This document shows, one piece after another, positions 29,268-36,084 of a DNA stretch of 36,084 nucleotides. The notes below the pieces were generated by a model, which ran no database searches, was not told where the DNA came from, and saw only the letters and a program-made list of their open reading frames with translations. Origin of the DNA: Alphaproteobacteria bacterium (GTDB taxonomy: Bacteria > Pseudomonadota > Alphaproteobacteria > RF32 > CAG-239); NCBI GenBank assembly GCA_017958895.1, contig JAGDBT010000087.1, positions 1 to 36,084 on the forward strand, in the 5' to 3' direction. Positions within the stretch are counted from its first letter, which is position 1. Each line of letters starts with the position of its first letter. Made by a program: the position numbers and the translations under genes.

Positions 29268-30707
29268 TTGAAAGCCTTTTTGGTCTTTTTGAGAATTATC
29301 ATCGTCGGTTGTCTGTGGGGAATTGTCTTCACGGAAGGTATTCGTGTTATTATGCTTTGCAATTGGCATTTTGATATCTTTTGGCCTGACCACTGGCGGC
29401 AGGCAATTGCTTTGTGGAAAGCCGGTTGGGTGGTCCGTGCGCCGAAAGAATGGGCTTTTGTGCTTTTGATTATTACCTTTATTCCGATGCTTATTACCGG
29501 CTGGTGGACTTTAAGTTTGGTTTCGTGGGAAAAGATTATCTATAATATCATCACATTCCCATATACTCTGTATTGCAAATTGGTTAAAACACCGGTTAAT
29601 CTTATTACCACCAACAATCGTTACGGTGTTACAAAACGCAAGTCTTATAAACAGATTCGCCCGACTGCCATCAACACTTTGCGCGTTCCGATTTCCGATT
29701 ACGGAACTACCGCACCGACACAAGCTCCGGCTTTATCGCCTGCTCCGAGCTATACCACATCTTCTTACTCTTCTCCGTCAACGAGAGTTAATGATAAAGT
29801 GAAGAAGACTGATGTGTCGGCCACAATCGACCATGCTTTGTTCAAATTTGACGACGATGACGATGATTTTGATTTGGATATCGATTCTTTTGAAAAGGCC
29901 AGCGCCGTTAAACCGAAACGTCAGGAAACCAAAAAATCCTCTCCGAAATACGATTTTGATGATGAGGAAGAAGATGCACCTAAAAAATCCAGAAACACTC
30001 GTCGTAAAAATTACGAAGAAGACGAAGATGATGATGATGAGGGTTTCGAATATGAAAAAACTTCGCGTCGTTCACGCACTGATGAAAAATCCAATAAACG
30101 CGCGACTAAAGACGAAAACACTTCGCGTAATCATGAAAAAGCCGATACAAAAAAGAATCGTCGAGAAGTTTCGGAAAATAATGAAACATCCCGAAGCACT
30201 CAGGGACAATACGGTCCGGTGTATGAAGCCTTATCTCAAAAAGGTTATGATATTATCACCAATGTTACCGTAAATGATACTTTGATAGATTTTGTCGGTG
30301 TTTCCGAAGGCGAAATCTGTTTATGTCTTGTTGATAAAGAATCCGGTGATTGGTTGGCCGATGAAGAAATGTTCAACGGCGAAGAACCTCTTTGGTTCTC
30401 CGAAAACAGCCATCGCATTTCTCCGGTTTGCAAATTAAATAAGGTCGGCGGTGTTATTAAGTCGGCACTCGCTTCTGAGGAATTTCAACAAAAAATATCG
30501 TCCTTTGTGGTAATCCAAATGGCCAATATTATCAATGCCGACGATATGTTTGATGTTTGGAATGAAATGAACATAAATGTAACGCGTATCAACCGCGGTT
30601 CTCCAAAAGAAATTCGTCTGTTTTCCAAAACTCTCAATGAGGCTGACGGACATCTCGGAAAGGCCGATATTGAGCGCTTGACCAACCTGCTGAAAAGCCT
30701 GAAATAA
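29268..30707 (+). CDS. Membrane protein (479 aa): two-TM module, charged disordered linker and a NERD / PD-(D/E)XK-like C-terminal domain
   Basis: TTG start 7 nt after GGAG, supported by alignment of MKAFL... to MKKFL... of the upstream paralogue. Residues ~145-312 are low complexity (S/T/P, then poly-D/E alternating with K/R). Residues ~313-479 read GPVYEALSQKGYDIITNVTVNDTLIDFVGVSEGEICLCLVDKESGDW...ISPVCKLNKVGGVIKSAL...ISSFVVI. Confidence 0.6.
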   Translation: MKAFLVFLRIIIVGCLWGIVFTEGIRVIMLCNWHFDIFWPDHWRQAIALWKAGWVVRAPKEWAFVLLIITFIPMLITGWWTLSLVSWEKIIYNIITFPYTLYCKLVKTPVNLITTNNRYGVTKRKSYKQIRPTAINTLRVPISDYGTTAPTQAPALSPAPSYTTSSYSSPSTRVNDKVKKTDVSATIDHALFKFDDDDDDFDLDIDSFEKASAVKPKRQETKKSSPKYDFDDEEEDAPKKSRNTRRKNYEEDEDDDDEGFEYEKTSRRSRTDEKSNKRATKDENTSRNHEKADTKKNRREVSENNETSRSTQGQYGPVYEALSQKGYDIITNVTVNDTLIDFVGVSEGEICLCLVDKESGDWLADEEMFNGEEPLWFSENSHRISPVCKLNKVGGVIKSALASEEFQQKISSFVVIQMANIINADDMFDVWNEMNINVTRINRGSPKEIRLFSKTLNEADGHLGKADIERLTNLLKSLK

Positions 30708-30716
30708 GGGGATATC

Positions 30717-32942
30717 ATGTCATCAGAGCGCGGAGAAGAATGGAAAGAATATGACAAAGCCGTAAGGTGGATGCTTATCACTTTTGCAATTTGTTTGGTT
30801 CTCAGCATTTTGCTGTTTATTTTTGCCATGCCTATTTCTCACCTCATCAGACACGGTGTTTCAAAGGAATCGGTTGATGTGGCCAAAAAAGCCACAAAAC
30901 TCATATTTTCCGACTCCTCTTATTTGTTCGGTCTGTATAAAGTGTGGTTCAACAAAATATTAATCGGCAACCACGGAAGCTCCGCTCTGTGGATGTGGAT
31001 TCCTTTGTTGCCGTTTTTGATTATTCCGTTCGGGCTGATTTTCAGTGCCATGTTCTGTCCGTATAAATTCCAAATCAACTATCACGGTCAGGCTAAAGTG
31101 GCTGATTTGCGCGATGTTAAAAAGATGCCGTTATTGGGATTTGACGGTTTCTGTCAGGTTGTGGGGAAATTCCACGGCAGATTTTTACTCTTAAAAGAAA
31201 CTCTTTCAACTCTTTGCTGTGCACCTCCTGGTACCGGTAAAACCGCCAGCGTGGTTATTCCTACCATTTTCCACTCCGAAAAACTCAGTTTAGTCATCAA
31301 CGACCCGAAACCGGAATTGTGTTTCAGTACTTCCGGCGCTCGCGCTAAGGTCGGACCGGTATTCATAATTAACTGGGGTGCCGAAGATAATCCGAGTGAA
31401 GGTATTTATTATCCGAGTTGGAATCCGCTTTCTCCGAACTGTATTCCGGAGCAAGGGCCGGATCGTGATATGTACGTCGACTCCATGTGCAACATTTTGG
31501 TTGAAGATCCGAAAGGCGGTGCCGATCCTCACTGGTCACAAACCGGCCGTGCGGCTCTAACCGGTTTTATTCAATTTGTGGTTTCAAAATGCGAGCGCGC
31601 CAGAGCCAACGATTATTTTATCGGCCGCATTTATGAAGGAAAACTCGACGACAAAGATAAAGAGGTTTTGGAAGGCTATTATATGGATATGCGTGATCCG
31701 AATGCTCCGCGTGCCATCCAAAATCTGAAAAATAATACACTTACCATGGAAAATTATCTTCCTATCGGTACTTGGAATTTGCTTCCTTCGCGTTGGATGG
31801 GCCGTGAAGCCAGTATTGCCATGATTATGGAATGGATTACGGAAGCGCAAATTAACGCCGCTCATGAAATTCAGCGCCGTTTGGATGAAGGTGATCAAAT
31901 GGCCGCTATGGCAGACCCTACGCACGATATGTTGGAAGAAGCCATTAAAGAAGCTCGCAATTTCGGCTATGCGCAACGTGCCGTTACCGAATTGAGCCAG
32001 CTCAGCAACACTCCTGATAAGGAACGCGGTTCAATTCTTTCTACGGCTTTTGCCGGAATTAATGTATTCAAAAACCAGGCCGTTAAGGCGCGTACCAGCT
32101 TTTCAGATTTGTTGTTCAAAGATTTGCGCGGTATGAAAGATCCGGTTACCGGCGAATGGAAACCGATTTCCGTTTATCTTTCGGTTAACCAGGTTGATGC
32201 TCGCGCTTTAGGCGTTATCAGCAGTACCTTTATTGAGCTGATGTCTTCATACCTTATTTCCAACCCGCCGAATCATGTCAATCGTACCGATGGCAAAATG
32301 GGACCGTTCCCGGCTCTGTTTGTTTTGGACGAGTTTCCGCAAATGCCGAAAATGAAAGCTATTATTGACGGTCCGGCCGTAGGTCGTGGTCAAAAAGTTT
32401 CATACCTGTTAATCGGACAAGATTTAGGGCAAATATCCGGTAAATACGGTAAAGATGATTTGGAAACCGTAATTTCTACCACGGCGTGCAAGGTTATCTT
32501 ATCGCAAAACAACGAAGTTACCGCCCAAAGATTTTCCAAGATGATAGGTAATAAAACTGTTCGTATTTCTTCTTTCTCACGTACGGAAGGCAGTTTAGGT
32601 AAGGACTTTAACCCGCTTGCTAAAAACGTTAACTATCAGTTGCAGGGAACGCCGGTAATCAGCTCCACACAGCTTTTGAGCTTGCCGATGTTAAAACAGG
32701 TGGTTTTAATGCAAAGTCATATTGACCGTCCGATTATTGCCGATTCTCCACGTTGGTATTTGGATAAACAGATGAAAAAAATGGCCTCTATTCCTCCTTG
32801 TCCGAATGTTCCGGATTGGATTGTGGCACAACGTGAAGATATCAATGATGATATGTTAGCTAAACTCGGCATTGAATACGGAAACGAAGAGACTAACGAC
32901 AACTTTGAAATTGACTCGGAAACATCTGCTACCGAAGCCTAA
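30717..32942 (+). CDS. virD4: TraG/VirD4-family type IV secretion coupling protein (T4CP), 741 aa
   Basis: Two N-terminal TM helices, then HGQAKVADLRDV. Walker A is APPGTGKTASVVIPT (31221-31244), followed by NDPKPE. Walker B is LFVLDEF (32316-32333). The GQDLGQISGKYGKDDLETVISTTACKVILSQNN block is typical of the family. Acidic C-terminal tail. Confidence 0.82.
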   Translation: MSSERGEEWKEYDKAVRWMLITFAICLVLSILLFIFAMPISHLIRHGVSKESVDVAKKATKLIFSDSSYLFGLYKVWFNKILIGNHGSSALWMWIPLLPFLIIPFGLIFSAMFCPYKFQINYHGQAKVADLRDVKKMPLLGFDGFCQVVGKFHGRFLLLKETLSTLCCAPPGTGKTASVVIPTIFHSEKLSLVINDPKPELCFSTSGARAKVGPVFIINWGAEDNPSEGIYYPSWNPLSPNCIPEQGPDRDMYVDSMCNILVEDPKGGADPHWSQTGRAALTGFIQFVVSKCERARANDYFIGRIYEGKLDDKDKEVLEGYYMDMRDPNAPRAIQNLKNNTLTMENYLPIGTWNLLPSRWMGREASIAMIMEWITEAQINAAHEIQRRLDEGDQMAAMADPTHDMLEEAIKEARNFGYAQRAVTELSQLSNTPDKERGSILSTAFAGINVFKNQAVKARTSFSDLLFKDLRGMKDPVTGEWKPISVYLSVNQVDARALGVISSTFIELMSSYLISNPPNHVNRTDGKMGPFPALFVLDEFPQMPKMKAIIDGPAVGRGQKVSYLLIGQDLGQISGKYGKDDLETVISTTACKVILSQNNEVTAQRFSKMIGNKTVRISSFSRTEGSLGKDFNPLAKNVNYQLQGTPVISSTQLLSLPMLKQVVLMQSHIDRPIIADSPRWYLDKQMKKMASIPPCPNVPDWIVAQREDINDDMLAKLGIEYGNEETNDNFEIDSETSATEA

Positions 32943-32945
32943 AAA

Positions 32946-33839
32946 TTACTTCTTACGGGATTTTTTGTTTTTCTTCTTTTGCTTGGTTGTTGACGGTTGT
33001 TTTTCTTCAACCGCGACCACCGGAACATCTTCGCTGTCTTCCTGATCTTCCATCATTTCATATTGGGCGCGGAAAAAAGCCATAAATGCCGTAACACAAA
33101 ACAGTTTAATCAAATATCCGCAATATTCTGCCCCTAAAGCCATTGTAAAAATCGTTGTCCCCAATGTCAAACGCAGCAATATTACCTGGCAGTGCAACAA
33201 TAAAGCAACCGACAGCAAAAGAATAAATAGAAACATTATTATACCGATATACGAGCGCTCTTTGGTATTCTCATATATTTTTTTCCAAGGAATCTTTTTC
33301 TCTTCGTTCAAAAAATAAGCCACAGACGCCGAGAAACGCATCGCCGCAAACGGAATCACAACCATTACGAACAACATCAGGAAAAAGACAAATTCAACGT
33401 GCCAGTCCGGATTTGCCGGCTTTTTCAAAATTATCCATGAAATAAGCATACAACCCAGAAAACAAATTATATATAAAAGCAAAAAACCAAGTCCTTTTAA
33501 TTTCTTGCCGGACATCAAAAAGATATTTTGCCATTTAAATACACCGTTCAGAAAACATTTTTCATAAAAATCATAAGCGAACGACATATAGGTAAAAATA
33601 TTGATAAAAACGAAAACCAAACCTAAAGAAAAAGCTTTGGCTTCAGAAGATACGGTATAGCACCAAAATTGTTTTGCCGAGCCGTTACAACTGTATGACC
33701 ACTGGCAAAAAATCGCACTCAAAACGGTTAAGATTGCCGCATAAACAAGGTATAAACGCCATTGTTTGAAACCTTCGGCCAACAATTTTACAAATCGACC
33801 GGAAACTCGCAGTAAAGTATATTTTTTGCTTCTATCCAT
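32946..33839 (-). CDS. Polytopic membrane protein (297 aa) with an acidic then poly-Lys C-terminal tail, unknown function
   Basis: About 6 hydrophobic helices. The ATG is 1 nt after the dnaE stop, and the stop is 3 nt from the convergent T4CP stop. No family recognised. Confidence 0.5.
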   Translation of the reverse strand: MDRSKKYTLLRVSGRFVKLLAEGFKQWRLYLVYAAILTVLSAIFCQWSYSCNGSAKQFWCYTVSSEAKAFSLGLVFVFINIFTYMSFAYDFYEKCFLNGVFKWQNIFLMSGKKLKGLGFLLLYIICFLGCMLISWIILKKPANPDWHVEFVFFLMLFVMVVIPFAAMRFSASVAYFLNEEKKIPWKKIYENTKERSYIGIIMFLFILLLSVALLLHCQVILLRLTLGTTIFTMALGAEYCGYLIKLFCVTAFMAFFRAQYEMMEDQEDSEDVPVVAVEEKQPSTTKQKKKNKKSRKK

Positions 33840-33840
33840 A

Positions 33841-36084
33841 TCACAATTCCTTTACATTCAAAACACCGCTAATTGCCCTAAGTTCCGACATCAACGCCCC
33901 GTTATCCAAAGCATAACCGTTTTTCAATTCTATTCGCACATCCCAATCGGCTAATTCCGGCTTCAAATAAATTTTATAAGGTCCGTAATGCTCATGCGCC
34001 AAACATTCTCTGATTTTGCGAGCCGCACTCGGCGCATTAAGCTCAATCACCAAACCTTTGGAATTTTCCGTAATTTCTTCATCTAAAGTCTTAATTGCGT
34101 TATACATTATGCGCGGAGGCGCATCTTCCGCCTGTTGTTCGATTTTTACTCTCACATAAAGCGGCAATCCGCTCTCCAAACTTCTTTCGCAACTTTTGAG
34201 CATATCCGAAAAAACAAACCCCTCATATGACGAAGAAGTATCCGACAATTTTAATAAAACAAACGGTTTACCCGTCTTACCCATTTTCTTTTGACACGAC
34301 TGAACACAACCCGCCAAATTCGCCATTATAACATCGCCCGGTTTTATGCCCTTTACCGCTTCGGTATACGAGGTTATTCCCAATCTCTCCATGCTGTCTT
34401 TATAAACATCCAACGGATGCGCCGACAAATAAAAACCGATGGCTTCCGCTTCGTTTTGCAACCGTTCCAAAGTCGGCCATTCTTCCGTATCGCGAATTTT
34501 TACTTCCGCCCCCAACTCCTGAACTCCGAACAAAGAGGTTTGAGAACTGTTTTTCATTTCGCAATCGGCCGCCATATGACGCAATATATTCTCAATATTT
34601 TCAAACAAACGACGGCGGTTATTATCAAGACAATCAAAAGCGCCGGCCTTTATTAAAGCTTCTAATTGCTTGCGGTTCATAAATTTTATATCAACCCGAT
34701 GAATAAAGTCCGATAAACTGCGGAATTTGCCGTTTTTATTGCGCTCGGCCACAATCTCATTCATATTACTTTCGCCAACTCCTTTAACTCCGGCCAGCGC
34801 AAAACGAATATTGCCGTCTTCCACCGAAAACAGTGCCTCGGATTCATTTATGTCCGGAGGCAAAACCTTAAAGCCCATTTTTTTGACTTCGTCGGTGTAA
34901 AAAGCTAATTTATCCGTATTCGCAATATCAAAATCCATAACCGCGCACATAAATTCCACCGGATAATGAGCTTTTAAATAAGCGGTCTGATAAGAAATAA
35001 GTGAATATGCTGCCGCATGTGACTTATTAAATCCGTAAGAAGCAAATTTTTCCATCTGGTCAAAAATTGTTGCCGCAACCGCCGCATCTATACCGTTTTT
35101 AATAGCGCCTTCCGTAAACAATTTGCGCTGAACAGGTATTTCGTCACGCAGTTTTTTACCCATAACTTTACGCAATTTATCGGCACCGCCCAAGGTATAT
35201 CCGCCCAGCACCTGAGCAATTTTCATAACCTGCTCCTGATAAACCATAATGCCGTAAGTTTCATCGAGAATAGGCGCCAAATCGGGATGAACATATTCTA
35301 TTTTTTCTTTACCGTGCTTGCGGTTTATAAAGGTAGGAATATTTGCCATCGGTCCCGGACGATATAAAGCAATAATAGCGATTAAATCTTCAAAACGGTC
35401 CGGTTTTATTTGTTTCATAACATCGCGCATACCGCCGGATTCAAATTGGAAAACCGCACTCGTATCGCCTCTTTGCATCATTTCGTAGGTTAAAGTATCA
35501 TCCAAAGGTACTTCGGCCATATTGAGCTCTATGCCATGAATTTTTTTCACCCAATCAACCGCACAATTGATTACCGTTAAAGTTTTTAAGCCTAAAAAGT
35601 CAAATTTAATCAGGCCAGTTTCTTCCACATATTTCATGTCATATTGCGTAACCGGCATATCGGCGCGCGGATCTTTATACAGCGGCACCAACTCGTCAAG
35701 CGGACGGTCGCCGATAACCACACCCGCGGCATGCATGCCGGAATTTCTGTATAAACCTTCCAATTGAATGGCTATTTCAAACAATTTATTGACTTGCGGG
35801 TCTTTATCGCGCATTTCCCGCAATTCCGGCACCAACTCCAAAGCTTCAGGAAGAGTCGGATTTTTCCCGTTTTGCCCCGGCGGAATCATTTTTGAAATCC
35901 GATCCGCCTGACTGTACGGCATTTGCAAAACACGCGCCACATCGCGGATTACCGCTTTTGATTGCAACTTACCGTAAGTAATAATTTGCGCCACATGATC
36001 ATGACCGTATTTTTCCTGCACATATTCAATCGTCTTATGGCGGTTTTCCTGACACAAGTCCACATCAAAATCCGGCATGTTTAC
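33841..36084 (-). CDS. dnaE: DNA polymerase III alpha subunit, C-terminal ~748 aa; the 5' end lies outside the window
   Basis: The frame is open to the window edge. It has MPDFDVDLCQ (end of the PHP domain), the palm/fingers region (GMHAAGVVI, FDFLGLKTL, ALYRPGP, FNKSHAAAYS) and a C-terminal OB-fold region. Confidence 0.93.
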   Translation of the reverse strand, partial: VNMPDFDVDLCQENRHKTIEYVQEKYGHDHVAQIITYGKLQSKAVIRDVARVLQMPYSQADRISKMIPPGQNGKNPTLPEALELVPELREMRDKDPQVNKLFEIAIQLEGLYRNSGMHAAGVVIGDRPLDELVPLYKDPRADMPVTQYDMKYVEETGLIKFDFLGLKTLTVINCAVDWVKKIHGIELNMAEVPLDDTLTYEMMQRGDTSAVFQFESGGMRDVMKQIKPDRFEDLIAIIALYRPGPMANIPTFINRKHGKEKIEYVHPDLAPILDETYGIMVYQEQVMKIAQVLGGYTLGGADKLRKVMGKKLRDEIPVQRKLFTEGAIKNGIDAAVAATIFDQMEKFASYGFNKSHAAAYSLISYQTAYLKAHYPVEFMCAVMDFDIANTDKLAFYTDEVKKMGFKVLPPDINESEALFSVEDGNIRFALAGVKGVGESNMNEIVAERNKNGKFRSLSDFIHRVDIKFMNRKQLEALIKAGAFDCLDNNRRRLFENIENILRHMAADCEMKNSSQTSLFGVQELGAEVKIRDTEEWPTLERLQNEAEAIGFYLSAHPLDVYKDSMERLGITSYTEAVKGIKPGDVIMANLAGCVQSCQKKMGKTGKPFVLLKLSDTSSSYEGFVFSDMLKSCERSLESGLPLYVRVKIEQQAEDAPPRIMYNAIKTLDEEITENSKGLVIELNAPSAARKIRECLAHEHYGPYKIYLKPELADWDVRIELKNGYALDNGALMSELRAISGVLNVKEL

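Noticed and set aside
29812-30273. 153-aa alternative-frame ORF (M/K-rich) inside the 479-aa gene
   Set aside because: It lies entirely within the GA-rich repetitive coding stretch for the D/E/K/R linker. Its odd composition (poly-M/K) and lack of an SD point to a frame-shadow artefact of low-complexity sequence.
28717-32942. Direct identification of the membrane proteins as DotM/IcmP or other Dot/Icm coupling-complex subunits
   Set aside because: Only the gene position (a membrane protein immediately upstream of the T4CP) is similar. I see no sequence resemblance to DotM as I remember it, and the T4CP P-loop context (GKTASVVIPT) is VirD4/TraG-like. I kept this as an analogy to test, not a call.
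25631-33839. Interpretation of the T4CP cluster as an integrated conjugative or mobilisable element remnant
   Set aside because: I saw no integrase, relaxase, tRNA target, flanking direct repeats or oriT-like long inverted repeat. A few hand-counted 100-nt GC samples did not differ consistently from the flanks. I cannot exclude an old, ameliorated insertion.
1-36084. Search for rRNA, tRNA, CRISPR arrays, IS elements or long repeats
   Set aside because: Intergenic space is minimal; the largest gaps are ~145, ~100 and ~95 nt. None showed cloverleaf-type pairing, spaced direct repeats or terminal inverted repeats on reading, and there is no transposase-like ORF in the track.

Overview
This 36-kb chromosomal window comes from an AT-rich alphaproteobacterium. 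The evidence is the atpI-B-E-b'-b half-operon, AddB, the rluD/rpoH neighbourhood and RpoH-type sigma-32. The many overlapping genes and TTG starts are compatible with a host-associated lineage (Rickettsiales/Holosporales-like), but that is only a guess. All homology calls are motif recognition by eye, with no searches run.

Most of the window is tightly packed housekeeping:
- aroK-rph-rdgB-addB on the minus strand.
- xerD, DUF721, dsbA-like and the ATP synthase F0 genes on the plus strand.
- fba, then a long overlapping minus-strand operon: ParA/MinD-like, J-domain protein, tgt, LOG, ABC exporter.
- An orphan solute-binding protein, GST and a lipoprotein.
- rpoH followed by an MFP-RND-OMF efflux operon, then rluD.
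- The C-terminal two thirds of dnaE with a coupled membrane protein.

The main candidate for something new is 25631-32942. Five co-directional genes sit between rluD and dnaE and end in an apparently intact TraG/VirD4-family type IV coupling ATPase. I saw no VirB/Trb/Dot-Icm apparatus gene, relaxase, integrase or flanking repeat in the window.

I did not recognise a known family for any of the four upstream proteins:
- A 318-aa acidic soluble protein.
- A 683-aa soluble protein with its own promoter-like element.
- A 160-aa two-TM protein.
- A 479-aa protein with three parts: an N-terminal two-TM module paralogous to the 160-aa protein, a highly charged disordered linker, and a C-terminal region that reads like a NERD / PD-(D/E)XK nuclease-related fold.

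I found no rRNA, tRNA, CRISPR array or IS element.
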